A stretch of DNA of 64,000 nucleotides from Callorhinchus milii (Eukaryota): NCBI RefSeq assembly GCF_018977255.1, contig NW_024704743.1, positions 94,366,001 to 94,430,000 of the forward strand, given 5' to 3'. Numbering within the stretch: position 1 is the first letter of the stretch; each line of letters starts with the position of its first letter. The notes under the pieces are model-generated. The model was not told the DNA's origin. It made no database searches and was given only the letters and a program-made list of their open reading frames with translations. The translations under genes and the position numbers were made by a program. Positions 1-12,477 of this stretch are shown piece by piece.

Positions 1-417
1 TTGTTTAAAATCGCAGAACTATATCGAAACATCCACTTATCTAGTTAACACACATGAATAATAGAAATGATTAGAGAATACAGAAAGCTGTTTTGTAAAG
101 AATAAATTTGTGAAAATTAACTGAATGGAGGGCGGCTGTCCTAAATCAATGGAACAGGGGCGTTAATAATTCCATTTAATCCAGAGTTAAAGATATGGCG
201 TTAGTGCATATTAAAGCATTATTGATGGAAATAGTTTAAAATACAGGAATATTATAATGTTTAGAGGTCAGAATTGTGTTCTGTTGGAAGCAAGGATATC
301 ATGTTCTACACAGAGGACAGTTATTGAGCATTCACAAGATTGGTTTGGATGAAGATGGCCCTTCTGATCACACCTTACCGTCACACCCATCACAGCAGCA
401 AGCTGCTTTTTAAATGA

Positions 418-966
418 ACAAAACACAAAATACTGCAAATGCTAGAATCTGAAACAAAAACAGAAAGAGCTGGAAAACTCAACAGGTCAGGCAGGATCTA
501 TGGAGAAAGGAAAGTGAGTCAACGTTTCAGGTCCACGACCCTTTGTCAGAACTGGGGCATGTTGGGAGGGAGAGGTTTTTAAGGACAAGTTGAGAGGGAG
601 AGGCAGGACAAGGACGAAAAAGAAGACAAAAAAGAAGACAAAGGAGAGAATGTGTTAGTTGATGGGTTAAAGAGATGATAGTGGCGTAAAACAAAAGGGG
701 GGTTATACAACAAAAGGGGGGGTGGGTTGAAACAAAACTAGGGAGAAGCGGTGTTAATGGTGCAGAACAGGCAACACACCTTTGTCTTTTTTGTCTTCTT
801 TGTCGTCCTTGTCCTGCCTCCCCCCACCCTCAACTTGTCCTTAAAAACCTCTCCCTCCCAACATGCCCCAGTTCTGACGAAGAGTCGTGGACCCGAAATG
901 TTAACTCACTTTCCTTTCTCCATGGATGCTGCCTGACCTGCTGTGTTTTCCAGCTCTTTCTGTTTT
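418..966. mobile_element. Non-autonomous Penelope-like fold-back element with inverted arms and 14-bp TSD
   Basis: Inverted arms at ~455-643 and ~779-968; TGCTTTTTAAATGA duplicated at 404-417 and 967-980; hammerhead-like cores in both arms. Confidence 0.75.
870..906 (+). ncRNA. Minimal type I hammerhead ribozyme-like motif (degenerate); second copy on minus strand at 517-553
   Basis: AGTT-CTGACGA-A-GAGTC-GTG-GACCC-GAAA-TGTT-AACT. The minus copy reads AGTT-CTGACAA-A-GGGTC-GTG-GACCT-GAAA-CGTT-GACT. Confidence 0.55.
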
Positions 967-2669
967 TGCTTTTTAAATGAGTCTGGCTTCAATTTTTTTG
1001 GGTCAGCCAGCATCTGACACATGTGGAAACCGATCACCATGCTTAAAAGTTTCCAAACCAGACTGAGTTCCATACATCCCACCTATTCATTTAAATTCCT
1101 ATGTCTGTTAGGGAATGTACACTCCTTCCCCAGTGCTGTCCTCCCGACGTGAAAGGTGCTCTATAGATGTAAATTTGTTGTTGTTGTTCCGGAGTATTAG
1201 GCACATGTTGTCAAGGGCCAAGGCTTGAGGACCCAAGACTGTGTATTGGGGTACTGCTGGAGTTTAACCAGTTAAACCTGCCAGTGAGAGCACTCTCTGG
1301 CAAGCTTCCCACTACTTTTTCCAGCTAGGATCACTCTTTAGGTATTTCAGGGTTAAAATGAGCTGAGTGATTAGAATTACTGTCCACAATGACTGGTCTA
1401 CCATCCTCACCTGGCTCCACTGGCTCTCCATCCCCCAGAGGATAGAGTTCAAAATCCTCATCTATTTCTCTTCTTTCATTGTATATTTCAATTCCAATGT
1501 TCTCCCTTGTGGCAGATGAGATCACAAGGATCAAAGGCTACCAATTTTCACTGATGCATACATTGGTCTAAACATGGCTAGTGTCAAAAAGCAGGCCAGT
1601 GAGTTTGACGAACTGCTTTCGTATGGTGTAACACCCCATCTAGTGGACAGGCAGGTAAAGGGCAAACCATTTTCTCAATCACAAAATGGATGCAAAAGGT
1701 GTGAGGAGAATGCAGAATGGCACTGACATCCAAACCATAAGCAATGGAAACTATTGTGTTTTTTAAAAAAAAGAGATTGCCGAATCATTATAAGTGAAGC
1801 AGTGAGCATGATGACGTAGTGACTACTGATTCGCTTTGGTTCTGTCTGAATATAAGTGGGAAAGCAAAGACTCGGCTGGCCTTGCTTTCTGTGCAAATGA
1901 GATGCTATTCCAATGTCCTCAGGATTATGAATAGATCTTAAAGTGACCGAGCGACAAATCTATCCAACAATCTTCCTTTTTAAATGAAAAACAAAAATTT
2001 TAAAAATGACATAGTGTTTAACGCATGTCTACTCCCCACATAAAATTAAACATTTTCAGTTTGGAGCTATGCATACTGATAACTTTCTGTAATGCTTTAT
2101 CAATCAAATCTCTATTTACTCCAATGGTACGTTTAGGTTTCACTTCTCTAACAATTACAACAACAAAAACTGGCATTTATCATTCATGGAGGGTAATTTC
2201 TCAGAGTGCTTTTCAGGGACAGGGTTAGACACTGAGCAAGGGAAAGGGGAAGGGTAGACAGCCATGTTGAAAGAAGTAGGATTTGATGTTGGGCTTAAAG
2301 ACACAAGAGGTAGCAAGACAGAGTGATCAGAAGTGTTGAGTTTGGGCTTTCAAGCTTTTTAGAGAGCCTTGTTTTTCTGTGTCTTGTTCCACGTTTTGTA
2401 ACCAATGTTATTAAGGTTCTGACACATTACAAGGGAACGTCATTATAATGTGGTTCTGTAGATCCAATAGCTCAGAGGCTGTGTTCTAAGCAAAGCTCAA
2501 GAGATGGCTGACTCCTGGTTTGTCAGGGCACCACTGATGTCACTTCCTATGCGTTGCACCTATGACACTGATGTCAGATCCTTCACAAAGTAACATCAGT
2601 GGCACTTCCTGCTCAAAGTGACACGTGCAGCACATAAGAACTGGTATCAGTCATGTTTCCTGCATGATA

Positions 2670-2995
2670 TCAGCCTGGCTCAGTTGGTAGCACTCTCTGA
2701 GTCAGAAAACTGTGGGTTCAGTCCCCACATCGGGGTCACATAGTTTACACTGCTGACATGCCAATGCAGTTCTGGAGTGTACGGCATTGTCAGAGGTGTT
2801 GTCCTTCAGATGAAATGTTAAACGGAGGTCCTGCCCGCCTGTTCAGACAGTTATAGATCACGTGATGCAATACAAAAAGTGAATTCTCTCCTGGTGTCCT
2901 GGCCAACTATCTTCCAGATATTAAATGGCTTTGCACCTCCTGGCTCTATGTGAGACACTGGTGCATGCAAACTGGTTGCTGTGTTCCCCTAATTG
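2670..2995 (+). mobile_element. Old tRNA-headed Deu-domain SINE (DeuSINE-like)
   Basis: Head cagcctggctcagttggtagcact...; central gtccttcagatgaaatgttaaacggagg...ctcctggtgtcctggccaa resembles the Deu domain. Confidence 0.65.
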
Positions 2996-3005
2996 CCATA
3001 AATGT

Positions 3006-3625
3006 GGAGTCCTGTAGCTGGGACCTGTGTTCAATTCCTGGCAGGGTGAAACTTTGGGCAAGTTTCCCTACTCCACAAGCCTGATAATTATCCCTCAAGA
3101 AAAAAATAATTAAAAAAATTGGTCACTTCAATCCACAACTGTTTGTGGGACAATGCTGTGCGCAATTGGCTGCCGCATTTCGCCCACAAATATACAGTCT
3201 CTTCTGTGAAGCGCTTTGAGACGTCTAGAAGATGTGAAAAAGCGCTATATCAAATGCAAGAGCACTCGCCTTGCAAGCGAGAAACCTGGGTTCAATTCCA
3301 GACGGGGTGAAACCTTGGGCAAGTTTCCTTACTCCACACTCCTAATAATGATCCCTCCAAAACAAAACAATAATAAATTGGTCATTTTCAATCCACGACT
3401 GTTTGTGGGACACTGATGTGTACAATCGGCTGCCACATTTCGCCCACAAACATACAATCAATTCACTTTACAGTCTATTCTGTGAAGCGCTTTGCGACGT
3501 TGAGAAGGTGTGAAAAGCGCTATATCAAATGCAAGGATTATTATTATTATAAATCCTTTGAATGATTTAAAGATGTTTCGATGACTTGATAATGTCGCTA
3601 TATCAAATGCAAGGATTATTATTAA
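3006..3625 (+). mobile_element. Two tandem young tRNA-derived SINEs plus an extra duplicated tail
   Basis: Two units with B-box ggttcaattcc, body gtttgtgggacactg and tail gcgctatatcaaatgcaag(gattattatt); a third tail at ~3590-3625. Confidence 0.85.
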
Positions 3626-4298
3626 AGGTTTAAAAAATGGTGGCAACCAGAAGTCAGCCAGTTTCTTGCATAGAAGCTGTCTAGTCAGTGTCGGAAGCTG
3701 GGTGGCTGGGTGTACTATTCCAGTTAGTGCAGGTCGACAGGACACCAGTGCTCAGAGTGAGACAGCTGTATACTGCAGGCGCTATAACAGGATTAGACAT
3801 TGTTTCCTATGTTAGCAGGGATCTGAGGAGCTGGAAGTCAGCCATTTTAGCTTCCTGTGCTTAAAATGGCAAAACCATGATGTCACCATTGACATCAATT
3901 TGTACGTGTGCAAGAAACAGGATGTGATGCTGACAGTGACCTGATGACCTGAAGTCAGTCTTTTTTTTCGCGTAGGAACCAGCCAGGATGTCGGGAGTGA
4001 GCCAGCTGGCTCCGAGCATGTTCAGTGAAACCAGCGAGTATTATATCCCAAGCTTCTCACTGTTATTGTATATTGTAGCTTTCACTTTTCACCTTAATTG
4101 ATTTGCAGCAGTGACTGAAACTTCAATAACTACTCTATGTGCTTGCAAATGGCTTGATGGTATGTAATAAGTTTAACTATTTAAAGTTTAGTTTCGTTAG
4201 CAGTTAGTTACTTATTTAATCTACAATAATCCTGATTATTTTTGATCAATGTTTCGCAACATTTGTACAGAAAATAAAACACCGAAAGCAATGCTTAC

Positions 4299-4310
4299 CC
4301 AAAGTCATTT
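4299..4310 (-). CDS. DTNA: Candidate 12-nt alternative microexon (AAATGACTTTGG) at the DTNA vr1 position
   Basis: Minus strand reads ...gcttttccctttattgctgcacag|AAATGACTTTGG|gtaagc. Long U-rich tract, strong donor, frame-preserving and stop-free in phase 2. Confidence 0.55.
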
Positions 4311-5879
4311 CTGTGCAGCAATAAAGGGAAAAGCACATTGTAAGAAAACAACATGATAATTAACTATGGAAAACAGCATGAATAAACCATAAACATCCAA
4401 AGATAAACTTGCTTTTTGAGATTGTTTTACGAAAATTTACACAGAGTTCTGGAAGTGTGTATGTGTGTGGAGTAAGAGGGGGGAGGAGGGGATTACGGAT
4501 AAATTTGAGGGTTTAGGACTTTTGAAGGGAGTCATTGAAGCCTTAACAGTGCACCATCGCAACTCTTCCTGTAGAATTCTAATAGAAACCTTAGTAAACA
4601 GATGAAGGCATAACTTTGAAGAATATTAGTAAATTAGTAGATTAAAGATTAGTAAATCAGGGCCTCAAGCAGCCCTTTTATAGCATGAGTAGGAAGTCCA
4701 GAATAATAAATAAGCACTGTAAGTGGATTAATTTTCCTCTCTTGAATATATCTGGGTTAAATACATATATACACCCAATTAAAATGCATTGTTTTATGCC
4801 AATTTTGTGTGTTATCAATTGACTCCTCTCAAATAACATAAAATAGCATTGTTTTAAGAAACAAACAGCAGGGGAGGTGGTGATGCAGGAGAATGGGGGA
4901 GCGGTGGTGCATAGAAACATCAAAACAGGAATAGGCCATTCAGCCCCTCAAGACTGTTCTGCCATTCAATACGATCATGGCTGATCTGTAGTGTTGAAGG
5001 CAGAATAGAAGTTGAAGAGGATGTGGCGAGGATCCTGAGCCACCGATCAGAGTCATGCAGGATCTTACTGGTGACTCTAGCCAGTGTTGTCTCAGACAAA
5101 TTAATCTCATTTAGTTTGGGCAAAACACCACTGTTATCTTACCAGCATTATCTCGTCAGTCGATGTGCGTTTTTCTATGAATATTTACATTCACCTCCAA
5201 GCCGATCACCATAATAGAGACTAGCACCAACACGACTCCTTGTTTTTACAGCTGTCTAATTCTGTCTCAGCAGATAACTTCAAAAGATACTACTGGTAAG
5301 GGTGAAAACCTGATCATACTCCAATTTCAGTATGAGCTGGCACAAGTATTAAGGGTTGTCTGGAATGACCCAAATCCAAACATTTCTGTCACTGGCAAAC
5401 ATTTGATGCACGTTTTTTAAGAAATCTAAAAAAAAATCACTGGACATGTGCAGGAATTTGTACAAACACAGATGGGGTGCTCTTTGTGACCTTTAAAGAA
5501 AATCTAAGGTTAAACACATGTGAACTTTAATTTGAGAGATTCACCTTTCAAGGATGCACAAATTCATGTGCCCAATTTTAGCAAAAATTGATCAATAGCA
5601 GGCAAGCTATTATTTATATTTTATCAAAGTAGTTATCTATTTGTACATCTCTGGTTCACATTTTCTTTTGCTTAGCTGAATGTCTGACATGTGTGAAAAC
5701 CCATCACTTTGTTTAAGTGTATCCAAACCAAACTGAGAGTTCCATGCATCCCACCTACACATGGAAATTCACATGCTGGTTGCCCAGCTCAGTTAAGAGG
5801 TCTGGAGCTGCAGAGTGCAAAATAAGGAGGACAACTTTGAGCTCTCGGGCTAGTCTTCACAACAATCCCTGTTACAATG

Positions 5880-6375
5880 GATTGTAGCATCATGTCCTCT
5901 CCCGCACCAGGCTAGTGATCCCATCACACCCACCATCACCCAGTTCCACTGGTTCCCCATCCCTCAGAGGATCGAATTAAAAATTCTCGTCCTCACCTTC
6001 AAGGCCCTCCATGGCTTTGCCCCCTCCTACGTCTCTGACCTGCTAATCTCTTATTAACCTGTCCACTCCCTCGCTTAGCAGGTTCCGGCCTGCTCCATGT
6101 CCCCGCCCGGCCTGCCCCGGTGGTTGGACCTTCAACCTCTCTGCCCCCGCCCTCTGGAACTCCATCCAACATTCCCTTTGCCTTGCTCCTCCCTGCCTCC
6201 TTCAAGGCACACCTCAATACCTTCATCTTCGACTGTGCCTTCGTCCACCCTCCTACCCCCACCCGCCATCCTCCCTGCCATCCTCCCACCGTTTGGGTCC
6301 TAATCCCTGACTGTTCAGCGCCTGGGGATGTCCTCCCGACGTGAAAGGCATTTTACAAATGTAATTTTGTATTGT
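5880..6375 (+). mobile_element. L2 LINE 3' fragment
   Basis: Similar to the 3' end of the L2 copies at 19989 and 57493; ends gtcctcccgacgtgaaaggc...aaatgtaattttgt. Confidence 0.85.
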
Positions 6376-7011
6376 AGGTAATGCTGAATTAGGAGGAGGA
6401 CCATGATCAGTTAAATGCATATATATTTGATGTGTTACAATCAAAACTTTCCAAAATATAGTGACTACAAAAACAAATCTAACCCATTATTTAACCTGAA
6501 CGTATGCATTTTTCTCATTTTTACACCAATTTCGCTCCAGATCATTAACATTCAAAGCCTTCATCTCAAAGCTTTTGAAACTCACACTTTTGATACAGTT
6601 TTATGAACTGAATAGGTAAGGGTTATTTTCAATATCTCTACAAAGACAGTCAGGGTACTCCATGACATTCAGAAGCTTTAGCAGCCTTCAGAATAAAGAT
6701 AATGGACTATTAATGATCTCATGAGTGACAAGTGGACACAGGATCAGAAACCGGGTTGGTGCTTTACTAGATACACAGGCATTTGTTTTCAACACAACAG
6801 AGAGGTGTGTAAGTAAGGCAGAGAGATTATTTTGGCATCAAATTTGGCAATTTTCCAAGGCTTGCTTTTTTTTTAAAAGAGTACATCTGGAGAAAAGAGA
6901 CCATCTATAGTGAAACACACTTAAGGTCCTAAAAGCATAATTGTAAAAGTATACAGGAGACCAGGGAAAATTCACTCTTCCTAAAAGCTTAAAAGCTTAA
7001 AATATACTTAC

Positions 7012-7136
7012 ACAATGTGTGCCAGGTTGATTGGTTTTTCAGGCTGATCGGGGAACATTGGGTGCAAAGGCTCACGGCTGGATGCACAGCTTAAGGACTT
7101 GCTAAGAGCATTAGTTAGCTTCTTTGCAGGTGATTT
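7012..7136 (-). CDS. DTNA: DTNA coding exon 8 ([42 protein letters not shown]), 125 nt
   Basis: ccag|AAA TCA CCT GCA...CAC ATT GT|gtaagt; phase 0/2. Not in the ORF track; found by manual translation. Confidence 0.96.
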
Positions 7137-7865
7137 CTGGGAACAAAGATGACAAAATAACATGGAAAGGTAAATCATTGGAATATTAAAACAGCAATAT
7201 AGAACATATAACTATAAAACTATAAAAACATTTCACACAGTGCCTGCCCTCCTAGTTTTCAATTTCAATTTGATTCATGTCGGACTGCTGTGCACAATTG
7301 GCTGCTGCACTTGTCCAGAAAAAACACACATGGTAGTATATTCTGTAAAGCGCTTTGGGACATCTCGATGACGTAATAAGGTGTTATATCAAATGCAAAG
7401 ATTATTATTATTATTTTCGATCCCTACCCACTCTCCCACTCACCCCTTGGCTCTCGATTCTAAGGCATTTCAGTCATTTAGAAGAACAAAACAGCATGCT
7501 CTGAAGCTCCCTGCTCCCAAACAACTGTTGCTCTCCACCCAAAAATGCTTATTCTAGGGCTTATCCACATCTCCATGGGGAGATGATTTTGCTGTCACTC
7601 AGTAAAAATCAACCGAACACATTGCTGCCCCAGGATTAGTTCACAACTCACCTTTAGCCTCCTTAATCTCTCTCTTCCTCTCTCTCCCTGTTCCAATCTT
7701 TTTCATTTCTCTCTCATATATCAATACTAAATTCTTCTGACTCTTCTCTCAAGGTTCAAATGCACCATCCCGCACCATCCTCTGTCCTGCTTCCACTACG
7801 TTGTAATCAAAATTCACTGCACTGCCTCCTACTCACTGCAATGCCTCCTACCCTAACTCATTTGT

Positions 7866-8202
7866 GGAGACCTGTAGCCTAGTGATTAGAGCACTTGCTT
7901 CCCAAGCGAGAGGTCCCACATTCAATTCCCAGGCGCAAAAACCTTAGGCAAGTTTCCTCACTCCAACACCTCTGTTTACCTAACGATAAGCAGGAACCTG
8001 GTCGTTAGTCGATTGGTAGATTGCTAACCGGAGGTAATCACTCGTCCATGACCGTTTGTGGGACACTGGTGTACACAATTGCCTGACGGGTTTCACCCAC
8101 AAATATACAGTCACTACATTTTACAGAATATTCTGTGAACTGCTTTGAGACATCTCAATGACAGGATAAGGCGCTATATTAAATGCAAGGATTATTATTA
8201 TT
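7866..8202 (+). mobile_element. tRNA-derived SINE, long form
   Basis: tRNA-like head, ctctgtttacctaacgataagcaggaacc module and (ATT)n tail. Confidence 0.85.
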
Positions 8203-10027
8203 TGTTCGCAAGATCGTAAGACTCTTTTCAGTGTTCCATTCCCCATGCAATCTATAGGCTTTTAAATGCTAGGCTTGCGAATCACCTAACCAACCTCACT
8301 GCTTCTCTTTTCAATCTGGTCTTTGGGCCATTGATCAACATTCTCCATAAAAAAAAACAAGGCTCTGAAGTGAGCATCTGACATTTATGTTACTCCGCCA
8401 AGTAATGCTACTTCAAGTTACTTCAACTTTCTGCTTCTCACATCAGATTATATTAACATTAGGTCTTACAGTTTTAAAGTTACAAACAGGTGAAGGGGCA
8501 AAAGCCTGCCTGACCCACTAAGTTTAGGAATGAATAGGACTATGAATAGGAGTCGAGATAAGTGAAGAAGATAGTGGTTAGTTGACTAAGGTCAGATAGA
8601 AAAACTTTTCAACATTCAAATAGAAACAGTTGCAGGCTGGAGTTCAGATATTTTAAGAGCTTTCTTTCAACTTATTTTGACTTTCTAAATTCACTGTGTT
8701 TATACTTGCAAATGAGCCAAATTCTTGTTATCTCTATTCCCATATGCTCACTATAAACATGGTTTTACAGTAAATATTGTTGGTTTGGAAATGATCGACA
8801 CATATCAAGATTGACATTAAAATTTCCCTTGGTATAAACAGACTATGAAAGTCAAACATATTGCTTTCATTTTTTTGCTTGTATTTAATTATTTTGTGTT
8901 GAGCTCTGCAGCCATTTTATGGATTTTATTTTAAACCTTCCTGAGATTGCACATGTTTTTTTAGAACCATAGGATTACACAGGAGAAATACCAGAGAAAT
9001 GCTGTTGCAGTCCATCTCCACTTTTTGTTAAAGATACATAAAACTAGGAAACTATAAAGATACATAAAACTATGGGAATCAAATTTCCATTGGAAAATAA
9101 AGTACGTTACATTTGGCCCATCATACCTACTTATTCTGCATGCAATCTGCATCATCAATGACCGTTTCCAATGTATTTGAGGGATATCTTGGATAACCAG
9201 ATACATTTCTAGGAAAACAAAGCTGATATTTCCCTTCACCCTTCACTCCTCCCTCAACTCAAAGAAAGTGTAAATAAAGAGCCAACTGCAATGTATTACA
9301 GCAATTTTAAAACAGACATCACTAAGTATTTCTTTACACTGAGGTTTGCTGAAAGCTGGACCGGGTTATCGGTAAAGGTGGCAGAGGCCAGGATACTGGG
9401 CTTGTTATAGAAATAGCTTCATGTTGCAATGAGAAGGTGAGATGGTGGGTATTATGGGAGAAAGAGCTCAGATTGACCAAATTGAACTTTCTTTAACAGA
9501 ACCTCACTATTTTCACCTGCAAAATGTACAGTCAATTCTGTGTATGTTCTGTGAAGCACTTTGAGACGTCTCAAAGACGTGATAAGCTGCTAATCAAATG
9601 CAAGGATTATTATTATTATTTATAATTATTTTAACCCAATATTAATAATTCTGTTATTAGGATAGTAGATTATTATGAATTCTTCTGCTCCTTTTATTAC
9701 GTTTAGTAAATTTGTAGCTGTGCACTTATAAATAATTGCAAGGCAATTTTAAATGTAAATTAACTGTTACATTTGTAGTGCAATTTTATTTTTCATTTGT
9801 ATTATTTGTTATAAACACAAAGCAATAAATTCATTAAAGTTATCAAGCTGGACTAGCACTTAGCTTGCAGCGACTAATTTGCTTCACGGAGCAGAATAAC
9901 CTTCCTTTCTTGTTCAGAAATTAAACAAATGATTGAGTGATTGTAAGGTGAATGCAGAAGCACCTTTTGTTCTTTCACCCATCACATTTTCACAAACATG
10001 GTAGAGAACATGTGCTTCAGGTCTTAC

Positions 10028-10194
10028 CCATGACGTGTATTCTTTCATTTGGTGCTGGTTGCTATGGGAACCACTTGCATGGCCTCTCCAAAAGCAGTCC
10101 TGACAGAGCTGATAATTGTGACACTGCTGGCAGCGATATCGAAAACCCATCATACTCTCACTGTGGCAGTACGAACACTCAACAGGGTGGAAGA
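10028..10194 (-). CDS. DTNA: DTNA coding exon 7, ZZ-type zinc finger ([56 protein letters not shown]), 167 nt
   Basis: acag|TC TTC CAC...TCA TGG|gtaaga; lies within ORF 9914-10222. Confidence 0.98.
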
Positions 10195-10879
10195 CTGTAG
10201 ATGGAAAAACACACAAAGGCATCTATCTATGTCTTACTCAGCCTGGATCATTCTTCTGCCTTTCAGTCAATTTTATTTTGCAATTTCTGCATACTTGAAA
10301 CATTACAGATATCACAATTTGTGTTTGCAATTCTTGGTGAACACATAACACTATGCAGCCTCTCTATAATGGGCTCTCTCTATTGTCCATATTCACTAAT
10401 AATGTGGTTGCAATGTGGACCTGTTCGCTGCATATCACACTTACATGCATGTGCAGCCAACCTGCTCTCACGCCTTCCGAAACATAGTGTAGGATTTTAT
10501 GCATCACAACACTGTATTAAAACAAAGTTGCACTGTAATCTAAACAGCTATAAATAATGTGGGCATATACACACAGTGAACTAGATTTATTCTTTATGAT
10601 GGGAAATTTCTTCCAGGATCTTTGAACTCACTGGGTCTAATGTCATCTGATTGTTAAAAATAGCGGGTGGTTTTGTTAATTCTTTAATGGGATTTTTCCA
10701 TTTGATGTTATGCCATTGTCTTGAGCCTTCAATTCATAACAAATCCTTCAATAAAAATTCAGGACTTAGATTCACATTTAATTGTTCCCCTTCAGATCCC
10801 CGGCCATCATGAGGGATCAAGTATTAAGTTCTGACACATACTTAAGGTTTACTGATTCTCAACCAAATGCAGATTCAGT

Positions 10880-11477
10880 GGTCCAAAATTCCATCGAGTC
10901 TTAGTTTGTCTGATCATTTTGTCCTAAAATTTTGGTTTACGATTTTGGCTCAACAAAATGGAAAAAGTTGAAAAAGTCTTAAATTCAGTCTTAATTTGGA
11001 AGATGGTTCATGGAGTCCTATAGCTCAGTGGTTAGAGCACTCGCCCCACAAGCGGAAAAACTCGATTCGATTCCCAGAAGGACGAAGTGTTGGGCAAGGT
11101 TCCTTACTCCAGACACCTCTGTTTACCTAGCAGTAAGTAGGAACCCAGTTGTTAGTCGATTGGCGGATTGCTTTTCCGGGAGTAATAATTCCTTCCAAAA
11201 AATAATAATAATGAATTGGTCACTCAATCCACGACCTTTTGTGGGACACTGCTTTGCGCAATTGGCTGCCGCGTTTCACCCACAAAATATACAGTCAATT
11301 CATTTTACAGTATATTCTGTGAAGAACTTTGAGATGTCTTGAAGACGAGGATTATTATTATTATTTTAGGAATTACAAAAAATTGGCTTCCAAATAAAGG
11401 CTGATTTTAAGCATTTTGACAATTCTGCACAATCTTAAATTTTTTTTAGTCTTACAGGCTCATGGAATTTTGAGCCC
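10880..11477. mobile_element. Palindromic MITE (~250 bp) interrupted by a long-form SINE at ~11012-11365
   Basis: Termini ggtccaaaattccat / atggaattttgagccc; internal inverted tttggaag / cttccaaa; related uninterrupted copy at 51385-51628. Confidence 0.6.
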
Positions 11478-11654
11478 AACATCTTTTGTACTATAACTCC
11501 ACAGACCAATGTTAATATTCATTAAGCTGGTTATTCCTGGTAGAAAATTCCCTGGAAGAGCCATATATGACTCTATTTCTCTCTTCAATATAATGTTTTA
11601 TTTTCGTTCTGTACTTCAACCCTTTAAGGATTTCCTCTCTTTAACAGGAGTAAT

Positions 11655-11885
11655 TTCAACCACTATGCCCCGAGGCTCTGGAACTCCCTTCCTCACTCCC
11701 TTTGCCTCGCCCCCTCTCTTCCTATTTTCAGGTCTCGGCTGAAGACCTTTCTTTTCGACCGCGCCTTTGGTCACCTTCCTCCCCCTCCCCCTGGCTCGGC
11801 CCTGGGATCCGTTACTGTGAAGTTCTCTGAGAATCCGTCCGGCGTGGAGGGCGCTATATAAATCCAAGTTGTTGCTGTTGTTGTA
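11655..11885 (+). mobile_element. L2 LINE 3' end fragment
   Basis: ctctggaactccct...gcgctatataaatccaagttgttgctgttgttg tail. Confidence 0.75.
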
Positions 11886-12477
11886 ATTTTTTTTTCTATG
11901 TTGAGAGTCAGCTGTGGACGTGCAGGTGTTGAACTGTTTTCATCTGTTTCTTAACCTGAAATCTATTTCTGATCTGATAAATATTTTTTAAGTGGTTCTC
12001 CTTCATTGCACCGGGCTCTAAATCTTCTTAATGTTGCTAACTGTGCTATTGAAGTAAGATTGATTTTACTATGTAGAGATTCGGTCAGGCAGGTGTTGAA
12101 TCTTTCCTTCCCTGCCTTGTTCAAATATTTCTTCCCAGGCAACTGTTTTGCTTGCTCTCATTATCTGCTGCAATGGCATATCTTAGTCATTGAACCCAAG
12201 CTGCAGCCCTCAATTCCAGCTGCAATGCATTGTTCAAGCCTTTTTACATCAGTGAACATGGAACAGTCAACCCTGCAAACATTTGTTTCATATCGAGACC
12301 AATTCATTAACTTGCCATTTATAGAATGTTTGTTTTCTTCGTCTGAACTAGATTTTTGTTTTGCTAATTAATTGGGGAATGCTTTCCCAGAATTTTATTT
12401 AAATTTACGTCTCCAGGACATCAGTCTCAGTAAATAGTTTGAACTCTTAAATTTTGGCCCATTTCTGTGTTGAAATA

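Noticed and set aside
5143..5151. AG|ATAATGCTG|gtaag as a 9-nt vr1 microexon
   Set aside because: No polypyrimidine tract, and in phase 2 it creates an immediate TAA stop.
6880..6900. Acceptor-like tctcttttctccag on the minus strand shortly after exon 7012-7136
   Set aside because: No recognisable dystrobrevin coding sequence or convincing donor follows.
11012..11085. tRNA genes at SINE heads (also ~19880-19953, 34855-34925, 39415-39485)
   Set aside because: The A/B boxes run directly into SINE bodies and tails; they are SINE promoters, not tRNA genes.
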